A stretch of 64,000 nt of DNA from an uncultured virus (IMG/VR IMGVR_UViG_3300025141_000074) (lineage: Duplodnaviria > Heunggongvirae > Uroviricota > Caudoviricetes), in IMG/VR virus record IMGVR_UViG_3300025141_000074. One strand, given 5' to 3'. Of the stretch, positions 40,336 to 50,178 are shown piece after piece. Under the pieces are notes generated by a model. It saw only the letters and a list, made by a program, of their open reading frames with translations. It searched no databases and had not been told where the DNA came from. Both the position numbers and the translations under genes were made by a program. Position 1 is the first letter of the stretch. Each line of letters begins with the position of its first letter.

Positions 40336-41755
40336 AAAGTTCTTCACCGCTAATTTCTTTAGCGATGTTAACTTTATTCCGAAGGGACTTAATGATTTTA
40401 TCATCCACAGTCCCTTTGGCTACTAGATCTATATAGAGTACCGCATTCTTTTGCCCTATACGATGGGCACGGTCTTCTGACTGTATTCTTTTCTCCAGAT
40501 CATAATTGTTTGAATAATAAATCACTGTGCTTGCAGCAGTTAATGTGATTCCATAGCCACCCGTCTGGGTGTTTCCTATAAAGAAACGTATGGAAGTCTT
40601 TCCCTGGAAAGCATTAATGCACGTTTGCCGGTCTTCTTGAAGTGTGGCACCATAATAAGTACAACAAGAACTGGAGCCATATTCTTCTGAAATGGCTTTT
40701 TCTATTCGTTTAATGTCGTGGATATAGTTGGCCCAGATAATTACTTTCCCTGTCGTCTCCCCTAGAATCTGCATCAATTCATCAAGTCTATTATTTTTAA
40801 GGTCCAGTGTGTCACCACCATCCGTTTTCATATGCCCACATGTTATCTGGTGCAATCTAATTAATTGTGTCAAAACATTGACAGCTGTAAGTGAATGCCC
40901 TTGTAGTACAGCCATAGCATTTGATTTCATGTCCTTGTATGCCACTTGCTGTTCATCCGTTAATTCTACTTCCCGTCTTGTATATACCTTATCTGGTAGG
41001 TCAAGGCAGTCTTTCTTCAATATACGGTATGAGTGTGGTGATACAAGTTGCCCTAATTGTGACAAATTCTTAAATTTTACAATCTTCTGGTACTTGTGTG
41101 TTCCACCTGCGGCATTCGCTGTAATGACCACGGCGTACCGGGTTCTAAAGGCATAATAACTTTGTTGACCCAGTATTTCTGGATCAAGGAAATCCATCTG
41201 TGCCCATAGATCCATGGGGGATTGTGTCACTGGCGATCCCGTCATTATACGTCTGTACTTAGTCTCTTTAGCGAGTGATAAAATATTCTTTGTTCTTTTT
41301 GCTTGGGGATTTTTAATGGTTGTGCTTTCATCCACAATCATCATCGCTTTACCAATTAAAAATAATTTGGCAAATTCCAATCCTTTTTTAGTGGAAAATG
41401 CTTCCACGTTCATGACCATAATTTTTAATCTATAGTCATTCAAATCCATTATGTTTTTTAATTGTGCTCTGTATTTCGCACTCGTGGATGGTTTCCATGC
41501 CAATACATTCTTTTCAATGTAGTCAGGAACATGGGTAGGAATTTCCAAATCTACCCAGTTCATATACGCACCTTTAGGGGCAACCACTAGTAAGCGGTCT
41601 ATTTTGCCTCGATTATAAAGTATGCATGCATTATCCAATGCTATTTTAGTTTTTCCTGTACCCATTTCCGCAAAGATAGCAAAGGCTTCTTTATTCCAAC
41701 ATTTTTTTAAGGCATCTTTTTGATGCTCATATGGCTCTGTTTTAAATTTATACAT
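40322..41755 (-). CDS. SNF2-family (SF2) helicase
   Basis: EMGTGKT, VDEST, MTGSP, GGYGITLTAA, QSEDRAHRIGQ. Confidence 0.92.
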   Translation of the reverse strand: MYKFKTEPYEHQKDALKKCWNKEAFAIFAEMGTGKTKIALDNACILYNRGKIDRLLVVAPKGAYMNWVDLEIPTHVPDYIEKNVLAWKPSTSAKYRAQLKNIMDLNDYRLKIMVMNVEAFSTKKGLEFAKLFLIGKAMMIVDESTTIKNPQAKRTKNILSLAKETKYRRIMTGSPVTQSPMDLWAQMDFLDPEILGQQSYYAFRTRYAVVITANAAGGTHKYQKIVKFKNLSQLGQLVSPHSYRILKKDCLDLPDKVYTRREVELTDEQQVAYKDMKSNAMAVLQGHSLTAVNVLTQLIRLHQITCGHMKTDGGDTLDLKNNRLDELMQILGETTGKVIIWANYIHDIKRIEKAISEEYGSSSCCTYYGATLQEDRQTCINAFQGKTSIRFFIGNTQTGGYGITLTAASTVIYYSNNYDLEKRIQSEDRAHRIGQKNAVLYIDLVAKGTVDDKIIKSLRNKVNIAKEISGEELSTWI

Positions 41756-41771
41756 TTTTATTTCTTAATTC

Positions 41772-41800
41772 TTGCATTACATTATATACTATGTTATAAT
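41772..41800 (+). promoter_or_regulatory. sigma70-type promoter of the replication operon
   Basis: TTGCAT 41772-N17-TATAAT 41795 with extended TG. Confidence 0.7.
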
Positions 41801-41831
41801 ACAAATCAAGAAATAAAAAGGAGAAATAAAT

Positions 41832-42281
41832 ATGACTTTATTATATAGTCCAACTAAAATACATTGGAAAGATTATGAAGGAATGTCTGTACCTAATTTA
41901 GGTATGAAATGGTCATTAGAGTTAACTTTTGTTCAAGACTTAGAGGAAGCTGATATGTTTGATCATTTTTTAATTAATAAATCAAAACCAATTACTAATT
42001 ATCCAGAAGTAGTGGAAGATCCGAAAGGGGGTCCTGTTCCCGGAGATGAGGAAGAAAGATATACTGATTTTTTAGATTTTCGTCCTGGATTAAGAATTAA
42101 GGAAGATTGGTTTTTTAAACAACCAGAATATTACACTCAATCATGGGAAATAGTAAAACATGAAATTTTGGATTTAAAAGAAATTAAAAAAAATTATGTT
42201 TCATTTTTTCGTAATATAAAAGGATTTTCTAAAGAAGATCAACAAAAAATAAGTACGCAATTAAGTGAAATCCATGATTAA
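41832..42281 (+). CDS. Hypothetical protein (AT-rich)
   Basis: AGGAG RBS; first gene after the promoter. Confidence 0.7.
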   Translation: MTLLYSPTKIHWKDYEGMSVPNLGMKWSLELTFVQDLEEADMFDHFLINKSKPITNYPEVVEDPKGGPVPGDEEERYTDFLDFRPGLRIKEDWFFKQPEYYTQSWEIVKHEILDLKEIKKNYVSFFRNIKGFSKEDQQKISTQLSEIHD

Positions 42282-42452
42282 GTGGTATACAAAAACTGTT
42301 AAAAAAATTAGATGGGATACAGATATTATAAGTCCTATCATTAAAAAAATTATATGTACAGCCTACAAAAAAGGTTTTGATGGTATTTCTGTTCGCTCGT
42401 CCACAAGAATAGATAGTAGGGGTAGGAAAATATTATTTATTGAGGAGATTAA

Positions 42453-42758
42453 ATGACAGTTTATGTATTACAGGAAATGGGTAGGAATGTTCGTTCAGCT
42501 GAAAAGTTTGGCGATTTAAAAGTATGTCTTCCGGACAATAAACAAATAATTTTATCATCTGGGCCCTTGGCTTTTAAGTTACAACAAGTATTAAAAGATT
42601 TTAATGATAATGACTACTTGCTTTTAATGGGAGATCCTGCTATAATAGCACTTGCTGGCGCGATTGTTAGCGATATTAATAATAGAAAGTTCAAAGTTCT
42701 AAAATGGGACCGCGATGAGAAAAGATACTACGATATAGAAATAGATTTGAGAGGATAA
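42453..42758 (+). CDS. Replication-module hypothetical protein
   Basis: VYVLQE...AEKFG...DYLLLMGDP...LKWDR. Confidence 0.75.
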   Translation: MTVYVLQEMGRNVRSAEKFGDLKVCLPDNKQIILSSGPLAFKLQQVLKDFNDNDYLLLMGDPAIIALAGAIVSDINNRKFKVLKWDRDEKRYYDIEIDLRG

Positions 42759-42759
42759 T

Positions 42760-43308
42760 ATGAATAACTTATTAAAACAAATGCAACAAGATGCTGGCGC
42801 CACGGCCCAGGACAACATGGGTAAGATTGGTGCAGTAGCAAATGATATTGCTGATACGGATAAAGAAATCAGTGATATGGAAGATCAATTAAAAAAGAAA
42901 AAAGATTACAAAAAACATTTATCAGAAAATGTATTACCTAACCTTTTTGCAGAGGTGGGATTATCAGAATTAAAACTAGCAGATGGCAGGCATCTTAAAG
43001 TAGGCAACTATTATGGAGCATCCATAAAAGAAGCTAAAAAAGAGGCAGCATTTGAATGGTTTAGGAACAACGGATTTGGGGATCTAATCAAAAACCAAAT
43101 CTCTTGTAGCTTTGGACGGGATGAAGATGAGAAAGCTAGAAGATTGAATAATGCTTTGAGTGAAAAGGGTTATGCAACTTCGCAACGCGAGTGGGTCGAA
43201 CCCTCCACCCTTCGCGCATTTATACGTGAGCAACATGAAGCAGGTAGACAACTGCCTATGGATTTGTTAGGAGCTTACGTAGGACAAAAAACAACGATTA
43301 AAGAATAA
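42760..43308 (+). CDS. Replication-module protein with N-terminal coiled coil
   Basis: GLSELKLADG, AFEWFRNNGFGDLIKN, VEPSTLRAFIRE. Confidence 0.75.
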   Translation: MNNLLKQMQQDAGATAQDNMGKIGAVANDIADTDKEISDMEDQLKKKKDYKKHLSENVLPNLFAEVGLSELKLADGRHLKVGNYYGASIKEAKKEAAFEWFRNNGFGDLIKNQISCSFGRDEDEKARRLNNALSEKGYATSQREWVEPSTLRAFIREQHEAGRQLPMDLLGAYVGQKTTIKE

Positions 43309-43322
43309 AGGAGAAAAGCCCT

Positions 43323-44129
43323 ATGGCACAGACTAAAGCAGTTGCGAAAGCAGCGAAGTTAGATCTAGCAGTTCTTGCTAGTGATTCAAAAAATGCAAGT
43401 GGATTTGGTAATCTTGATTTATCAAGAGATATTGCTATCCCTTACATTAATATACTACAAACAACTAGCCCTCAGCTTAATCCAGCGAAAGCGGAATATG
43501 TTGAAGGAGCAAAAGTGGGACAGTTTTATAATACTGTTTCGCAAGAAGTCAGCGAGTCACTCAATGTGATTCCTGTCCTTTATCAACTACGATATGTGGA
43601 ATGGAAACCACGTGAATCCGGTGGCGGATTTGTGGAAGCACATGATGCCGACAGTGGTATTCTTTCTAAAACTAAACGTGATCAAATGACATTTAAAGAT
43701 GTGTTAGAAAATGGCAACTATATTGCCACTACGGCATATCATTATGTCTTGGTTCAAGGAACTGATGGTAATTGGTCACAAGCCGTTATCAGCATGACCT
43801 CTACTCAATTAAAAAAGAGTAGACGTTGGAATAGCTTAATGCTAACCCAAAAAGTTTCTGGTCCATCGGGAAGTTTTACCCCACCTACTTACGCAATGAT
43901 CTATAAACTTACTACAGTTAGTGAGTCTAATGATCGTGGAAGTTGGTTTGGTTATCAAGTTGAGAAAGCTGGACAGGTAGAAGACGCTGACATTTATAAT
44001 GAAGCGAAATCATTTTCAACCGCAGCATCAAGAGGAGATGTAGAAGCTAAACCTACTGTTGAAGGGGAACCTGTAAAAGAGGCTCCAAAATCAAACAGCG
44101 CAGAAAGCGACGAAGACATACCGTTTTAA
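43323..44129 (+). CDS. Putative single-stranded DNA-binding protein
   Basis: Acidic tail ending SDEDIPF; upstream of the primase. Confidence 0.6.
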   Translation: MAQTKAVAKAAKLDLAVLASDSKNASGFGNLDLSRDIAIPYINILQTTSPQLNPAKAEYVEGAKVGQFYNTVSQEVSESLNVIPVLYQLRYVEWKPRESGGGFVEAHDADSGILSKTKRDQMTFKDVLENGNYIATTAYHYVLVQGTDGNWSQAVISMTSTQLKKSRRWNSLMLTQKVSGPSGSFTPPTYAMIYKLTTVSESNDRGSWFGYQVEKAGQVEDADIYNEAKSFSTAASRGDVEAKPTVEGEPVKEAPKSNSAESDEDIPF

Positions 44130-44156
44130 GGTAAGTTTTTGTAACCTGGAGGTTTA

Positions 44157-45647
44157 GTGGAAGAATTCAAAAATATATTTGAAGGTCTCGACGTAGCTTA
44201 TGGTCAGCACCAATCCGAAGGGAAACGTGCTGACGGTAAGGAGGAAGGGAAGTCTTACATTGTTAAAAAAATTGTTACGGATAATTTATGGCAGTCTCAT
44301 TTGGCTGGTGAAGGTCCTTCTTTGGGTATTATTCCTATCATGGCTGATAACACATCCCGATGGGGTTGTATTGATATTGATACTTATCCTATTGATTATC
44401 GTAAAATAATAAACAGTATCAGAAAATTAAAAATACCATTAGTTCCCTGCCGATCAAAAAGCGGGGGGCTTCATTTATTCTTATTTTTTAAAAACCCAGT
44501 ATCCGCCAAATTAATACGAGAGAAATTACGAGAGGTTGCCTCAGGTCTAGGATATTCTTCCGTCGAAGTATTTCCCAAACAATCGACAATACTAATAGAA
44601 AAAGGGGACTTAGGAAATTTTTTAAATCTTCCTTATTATAACGCCAAAAATACAACAAGATATGCTTACAAAGATGATGGAACCGCCGCAACATTGCGCG
44701 AGTTCATATCCTTATATAATAAATATTCAGTGGCCGGTACCGACGAAGTTGCAATCCAGGTATCCGGTGACGTCATAAAGGATGGGCCACCGTGTCTACA
44801 ACAATTATGCACGCAGGGATTTTCAGAAGGAGGAAGGAACAATGGACTCTTTAACATTGGTGTTTACTTAAGAAAATTTGATGCCGATAATTGGAAGACT
44901 TTGTTGGAAGAATATAACAGAAATTATATGGCACCGCCCTTAGCGGCGCAGGAAGTTATTATTGTTCAAAAACAATTAGAGAAAAAAGATTATAATTATA
45001 GATGCAAAGAGCCACCTATTAATTCCTACTGCAATGCTAAAGTATGTAGAGGACGTAAGTACGGTATAGGAAATGGTAGTGCGGCATTAGAATTTAGTGC
45101 GTTAACCAAATTACAGACAGACCCACCAGTGTGGTTTTTGGATGTAGGTGACACGCGAATGGAATTACAAACAGAGGAGTTACAGATACAAACAAAGTTT
45201 CAAAAGAAATGTATGAATTCTTTGGACACGATGCCTCCTCTAGTAAAACAGTCAGTATGGCAGGAAATAATTGAAAGGCTAATGAATAACCTTATCAAGA
45301 TTCCTGTTTCTGATGATGGGTCCTTGGCCGGTCAATTTGAAGCTTTCCTCCAGGAGTTTTGTACTGATCGCGCCCAGGCCTTAAATCGAGATGAATTATT
45401 ATTACGAAAACCCTGGACAGAGGAAGGAACTACTTGGTTTCGGTTAAAGGACTTACAGGATTATTTAACGAGAAATAAGTTTACCTATTTTAACACGGGG
45501 CAATTAGTCCAAGCTTTGAGACATCTTAAAGGTAAAAGTGAAAAATATAATTTAAAAGGCAGGACAGTTCGTGTGTGGGGTGTGCCTGCATACCAAACAC
45601 AGGATTCAGCTTTTGATATAAAGGAGATTGATAGTGCCCCATTCTAA
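44157..45647 (+). CDS. AEP-type primase with PriCT-like domain
   Basis: WGCIDID (DxD), RSKSGGLH, GNFLNLPY, GPPCLQ, GGRNNGLF. Confidence 0.8.
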   Translation: MEEFKNIFEGLDVAYGQHQSEGKRADGKEEGKSYIVKKIVTDNLWQSHLAGEGPSLGIIPIMADNTSRWGCIDIDTYPIDYRKIINSIRKLKIPLVPCRSKSGGLHLFLFFKNPVSAKLIREKLREVASGLGYSSVEVFPKQSTILIEKGDLGNFLNLPYYNAKNTTRYAYKDDGTAATLREFISLYNKYSVAGTDEVAIQVSGDVIKDGPPCLQQLCTQGFSEGGRNNGLFNIGVYLRKFDADNWKTLLEEYNRNYMAPPLAAQEVIIVQKQLEKKDYNYRCKEPPINSYCNAKVCRGRKYGIGNGSAALEFSALTKLQTDPPVWFLDVGDTRMELQTEELQIQTKFQKKCMNSLDTMPPLVKQSVWQEIIERLMNNLIKIPVSDDGSLAGQFEAFLQEFCTDRAQALNRDELLLRKPWTEEGTTWFRLKDLQDYLTRNKFTYFNTGQLVQALRHLKGKSEKYNLKGRTVRVWGVPAYQTQDSAFDIKEIDSAPF

Positions 45648-46056
45648 TTTTAAATACGGAGACAGAAGAAAAGATGGATATGTGTGGGTTGGATTGAGAT
45701 ATAGCCGAGGGAAAAGAAAAGATGGAACTTATCCAAATGATTGGCGTAGCCCACAGTCTTTTGAAAAGAAAAATGAAGCAGGGAGAAAATATAAAAAGAA
45801 AATATATAATTTAATTAGCAAAATGGCGAATGATGAAAAGATAAAACATGGATGTTACCATTGTGGTTATAATAAAGATCCTGTGGCATTGGATTTTCAT
45901 CACATTAATAGAGCTAATAAGATTAGAAATGTATCAAGTCATTGGAGAACAAGCATGGTACAATTTAAAAAAATGAAAGAAGAATGGAAAAAATGTATGG
46001 TTCTGTGTGCTAATTGTCATAGACTAGAGGAGAAAAGGATTAGAAATGAAAACTAA
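45628..46056 (+). CDS. HNH endonuclease
   Basis: CYHCG...LDFHH...CMVLCANCHR. Confidence 0.85.
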   Translation: MIVPHSNFKYGDRRKDGYVWVGLRYSRGKRKDGTYPNDWRSPQSFEKKNEAGRKYKKKIYNLISKMANDEKIKHGCYHCGYNKDPVALDFHHINRANKIRNVSSHWRTSMVQFKKMKEEWKKCMVLCANCHRLEEKRIRNEN

Positions 46057-47545
46057 AATAATATTAGGACCTCCTGGTACAGGGAAAACGCACAACTTAT
46101 TAAATTTGGTTGAACAAGAATTAGCGAAAGGTACACCACCGGACCGTATCGCCTTCGTGGCTTTTACAAAGAAAGCGGCTAGTGAAGCGAGGGACCGGGC
46201 TACAAAGAAGTTTGATTTAGAAGAACAACATTTACCTTATTTTAGAACATTGCATTCATTTGCCTTTCATCAGTTAGGATTAACAAAATCAGAAGTAATG
46301 TCACGTGATAATTATAAAGAGTTTGCGCAGTCATTCGGCATGGATCTAGGATCAGTATCTGATGGTGTAGATTCCGGTGGAGTATTTACAGTTGATAACC
46401 AGCTCCTATCAGAGGTTAATTTATCACGAATGAAATGTATGGATTTAGAACAACATTATAATGATTCTAATTTAGATGTATCTTGGCACGCACTACTCAG
46501 AGCTCAACGTTCACTTGAAGAATTTAAAAAGAAAAAAGAAGTATTAGATTTTACAGACATGATAGAAATGTACATTGAATCAGGAATGATTCCGAAATTA
46601 GATATAGTTTTTGTTGATGAAGCACAGGATTTATGCGCCCTACAGTGGCGTATGGTACATAAAATTTGTCAAAACGCCAAACAAGTGTACGTAAGCGGTG
46701 ATGATGATCAAGCTATTTACCGTTGGGCTGGTGCAGATGTAGAACATTTAATTGGTTTGGATGGTGAAAGACAAGTCTTACAACAGTCTTATAGATGCGC
46801 ACGCCTTATACAAAATTGTTCACAAGGAATTATAGGTAGGGTTCAAAATAGAATTAATAAAACATGGCATGGTACAAACACTAGAGGATTAGTGCAATAC
46901 CATTCTTACCCCGACAGTGTAGATATACGCGATGAGAATTGGCTTATCATGGCACGAACCAATTATTTACTCGATGAAATAGAACGCGACATAAGATTAC
47001 AAGGATTATTTTATAAAAGAAATAATCGTTTGCCTATATCGCAGAAATTATTAAATGCTACAGCTTCTTGGAAAAAATTAAATCAAGGTGAGCATATAGA
47101 ATTACCAGAAGTGAAAACTATTTATTCTTATATGTCATCAGAAATAGGAATAGAACGCGGTCACAAAGGTTTAAAAACAGCTGATAAAGAAAATTATGAA
47201 CTAGAAGATTTAGTTAAGAATCATGGATTACTTGTAGGAGGAAGACCGTGGGATGTAGCTTTTGATAAGGTAGGAACGCGTGATAAAGAATTTTTACGGT
47301 CTATTGAAATGAGAAACAAGGATTTTGTAAAATCAGATCCAAAGATTCATTTAAGCACGATTCATGGTGCTAAAGGAGGAGAAGCAGACAAAGTTATGTT
47401 GCTGACAGACTTATCAAGAAAGTCACAGGAAGCAATGGAAAAAGATTCAGATGATGAATGCCGTGTATTTTATGTAGCAGCTACACGTGCTCGTAATGAG
47501 CTACACATAGTACAACCACAAAGACAGGGAGGGTTCATAATATGA
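46046..47545 (+). CDS. UvrD/Rep-like SF1 helicase
   Basis: GPPGTGKT, AFTKKAA, VDEAQD, GDDDQAIY, STIHGAKGGE, YVAATRA. Confidence 0.92.
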   Translation: MKTKIILGPPGTGKTHNLLNLVEQELAKGTPPDRIAFVAFTKKAASEARDRATKKFDLEEQHLPYFRTLHSFAFHQLGLTKSEVMSRDNYKEFAQSFGMDLGSVSDGVDSGGVFTVDNQLLSEVNLSRMKCMDLEQHYNDSNLDVSWHALLRAQRSLEEFKKKKEVLDFTDMIEMYIESGMIPKLDIVFVDEAQDLCALQWRMVHKICQNAKQVYVSGDDDQAIYRWAGADVEHLIGLDGERQVLQQSYRCARLIQNCSQGIIGRVQNRINKTWHGTNTRGLVQYHSYPDSVDIRDENWLIMARTNYLLDEIERDIRLQGLFYKRNNRLPISQKLLNATASWKKLNQGEHIELPEVKTIYSYMSSEIGIERGHKGLKTADKENYELEDLVKNHGLLVGGRPWDVAFDKVGTRDKEFLRSIEMRNKDFVKSDPKIHLSTIHGAKGGEADKVMLLTDLSRKSQEAMEKDSDDECRVFYVAATRARNELHIVQPQRQGGFII

Positions 47546-47835
47546 CCAAAGAAGAAATATTAGCTGAAGCTAGTAGAATAATATCCAGAGATAGAAATTT
47601 ATCTCATGGAGATGCATTCAAGAATCATGCAGAGATTGCAGAGTTTTGGAATTTGTTTTTAGATGATAAGTTACGACCTATGGCTGATATTACAGCTAAA
47701 GACGTGGCAATTATGATGATATTATTAAAAATTTCACGTTCCAATCAGGGAAAGAAATTTAACTTGGATAATTTTGTTGACATGGCGGGTTATTCAGCGA
47801 TTGCAGGAGAAATTGGTGACTCAGGATCTTTTTAA
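47542..47835 (+). CDS. DUF6378-like all-alpha nucleotide pyrophosphohydrolase-like protein
   Basis: RNLSHGD...IAEFW...VAIMMILLKISR...DNFVDMAGY. Confidence 0.65.
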   Translation: MTKEEILAEASRIISRDRNLSHGDAFKNHAEIAEFWNLFLDDKLRPMADITAKDVAIMMILLKISRSNQGKKFNLDNFVDMAGYSAIAGEIGDSGSF

Positions 47836-49660
47836 AACAGTAAATTCCAATTGGGTTGCACCCACGGAATTTCCTAAACTTGAAGGCAAAGTAGCAGTAG
47901 ATCTAGAGACGTGTGATCCACACTTAATCAAGGAAGGACCAGGATGGCCACGTAAGCGTGGTTATGTCATTGGCATCGCTATAGCGAATGCCTCTTTTAA
48001 AGGATACTATCCTATTGCTCACTCTGGTGGGGGGAACATGGACGAAAAGAAAGTTATTAAGTATGTTAAGTCCATATGTGAAGACGCTTTCATAGAGAAA
48101 TTGTTTCACAATGCGCAATACGATATTGGTTGGCTTTCCACCCTTGGAATAGAAGTTAAGGGAAGAGTTCATGACACCATGGTAGCTGCGGCACTCATAG
48201 ATGAGAATAGATTCTCCTATACATTAAACAGCATTGTGCATGAATATCTAGGAGAGTTTAAGAATGAACAAAAGCTTAAGGAAGCGGCTGACGCCTTTGG
48301 CGTTGATCCCAAGAATGAAATGTACAAGTTGCCATCCACCTTTGTGGGTGAGTACGCTGAAGCGGATGCTGATCTGACATACAAGTTGCATGAAAAATTA
48401 TCATGGGAAATTGTCAAGGATAATCTTACAACGGTATATGATCTGGAATGCAATCTTATTCATGTAATTTACAGAATGACCAAGACGGGTGTGAGATTTG
48501 ATCAATATAAATGCGTGAGTCTTAATGACAAATTTAAAAATAAAGAAAAAAAATTAATGAAAAGGATTAAGGATCTAACCGGACTTAATATAGAGATATG
48601 GGCAGCAGCATCCATCTCGAAAGCTTTTGATGCGTTGAACCTACCCTATGAAAGAACGGAAAAGACCAATGCTCCTTCCTTTACGAAGATGTTCCTTACG
48701 GACCATCCACATGAGTTACCTCGGTTAATTATGCAGGCGAGGGAATTGAACAAATTAAGGGGAACCTTCCTGCATGGGTTATTAAATCACAACAATGACG
48801 GGAGGATACATGCTCACATTAACCAAATTAGGTCTGACAGTGGAGGTACTGTCACTGGTCGCTTTTCTTATAATCATCCTAATTTACAGCAGATTCCGAG
48901 TAGGGGTCAATTCGCGAAAGACATTAGGAAACTTTTCATCCCGGAAAGTGGGAAGTACTGGCTCAAAGCGGACTACTCGCAACAAGAGCCCAGGTTACTT
49001 ACACACTGGGCAAGACTCGTCGACCAACCCGGTGCTAGGGAAGTACAGGAAGCATATCATAAAACGGACCTCGACTTTCACCAACAAACAGCCGAAATGG
49101 CAGGTGTGGAGAGACGTCTTGCGAAGACTATCGGACTAGGTGTCATGTATGGCATGGGCTATAATAAATTAGCGCGTGACTTGGACCTTGAACCACAGGA
49201 AGCAAAGAAAATGCTTACTGATTTCCGTGCACGTGTACCCTTTATGCAAGGAATGCTCGAAGCAGTTATGAATAGGGCCAATTCTAAGGGTGTTATTCGT
49301 ACATTGCTTGGACGTAAATGTAGGTTTGATTTATGGGAACCAACACAATGGGGTGTTCACAAGGCACTCCCGCTGAATCAAGCAAAGGTGGAATATGGTG
49401 ATGCTATTAAAAGAGCATATACTTACAAGGCATTAAATAGATTGATTCAAGGCTCAGCTGCGGATCAAACCAAGAAAGCCATGGTTGATGTATATGAACA
49501 ATTAAATCTCATTCCTCACATCCAGGTACATGATGAACTTAACTGTTCTGTAACAGATGAAAATGAAGGAAAGAAAGTAAAGGAAGTAATGGAAACTTGC
49601 GTGGAACTTGAGGTTCCATCAAAGGTCGACATCAATGTAGGAGAAAGTTGGGGCGAATGA
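47816..49660 (+). CDS. polA: Family A DNA polymerase with 3'-5' exonuclease
   Basis: DLET, HNAQYD, TGRFS..PNLQQIP, DYSQQEPR, KTIGLGVMYG, IQGSAAD, VHDEL. Start moved to GTG 47816 after AGGAG. Confidence 0.95.
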   Translation: MTQDLFKTVNSNWVAPTEFPKLEGKVAVDLETCDPHLIKEGPGWPRKRGYVIGIAIANASFKGYYPIAHSGGGNMDEKKVIKYVKSICEDAFIEKLFHNAQYDIGWLSTLGIEVKGRVHDTMVAAALIDENRFSYTLNSIVHEYLGEFKNEQKLKEAADAFGVDPKNEMYKLPSTFVGEYAEADADLTYKLHEKLSWEIVKDNLTTVYDLECNLIHVIYRMTKTGVRFDQYKCVSLNDKFKNKEKKLMKRIKDLTGLNIEIWAAASISKAFDALNLPYERTEKTNAPSFTKMFLTDHPHELPRLIMQARELNKLRGTFLHGLLNHNNDGRIHAHINQIRSDSGGTVTGRFSYNHPNLQQIPSRGQFAKDIRKLFIPESGKYWLKADYSQQEPRLLTHWARLVDQPGAREVQEAYHKTDLDFHQQTAEMAGVERRLAKTIGLGVMYGMGYNKLARDLDLEPQEAKKMLTDFRARVPFMQGMLEAVMNRANSKGVIRTLLGRKCRFDLWEPTQWGVHKALPLNQAKVEYGDAIKRAYTYKALNRLIQGSAADQTKKAMVDVYEQLNLIPHIQVHDELNCSVTDENEGKKVKEVMETCVELEVPSKVDINVGESWGE

Positions 49661-50178
49661 GTTGGTTATGTGCAGTGTTATTAATATGTGTACCTTTCAA
49701 GCCAGAAATGGATTACACCAACAATGAGGAATTCATTGAGGATATTACAGCGTGTACGTTGCATTTGAATTCAATGGAAGAGGATCACAACAGGATTCCA
49801 GTAAATTTAGTGATAGCACAAGCCATTCATGAATCGGAATGGGGACATTCCAGGTTTGCAACAATTGGTAACAATTTGTTAGGGATCCGCACTTTTGACT
49901 CAGCCGATGACCAAATGAAGCCGCTTAATATACCTAATGCTAGCTGGGGGCTTAGGATCTTTGAGACTAAATGCGAATCCATATCTTACTATATTGATTT
50001 ACTTAATAATAACCATCATTATAGAGACTTTAGAGAGGAGCGATTAACCCAGTATATCAGCGACATAGTGGACCTTGAATCTTTGGCTAGGACACTTGCA
50101 ATTTATGCCGAAGATGTATATTATACGCAAAAAATCACCAAAACATTAAAACAATTAGAGGCCTATGACAGAGATTAG
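49657..50178 (+). CDS. Glucosaminidase-domain (GH73/Bax-like) protein
   Basis: IAQAIHESEWGHSRFATIGNNLLGI...YAEDVYY; hydrophobic N-terminus. Confidence 0.8.
   Translation: MSWLCAVLLICVPFKPEMDYTNNEEFIEDITACTLHLNSMEEDHNRIPVNLVIAQAIHESEWGHSRFATIGNNLLGIRTFDSADDQMKPLNIPNASWGLRIFETKCESISYYIDLLNNNHHYRDFREERLTQYISDIVDLESLARTLAIYAEDVYYTQKITKTLKQLEAYDRD

Noticed and set aside
45628..46056. HNH gene as an intron-encoded element splitting a primase-helicase
   Set aside because: Primase and UvrD each appear complete with their own termini and overlap the HNH ORF directly, leaving no room for group I intron structure; treated as a free-standing HNH.
47542..47835. Z-genome (2-aminoadenine) pathway suggested by a nucleotide pyrophosphohydrolase next to PolA
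   Set aside because: No PurZ/adenylosuccinate-synthetase homolog or HD-domain DatZ was recognised.
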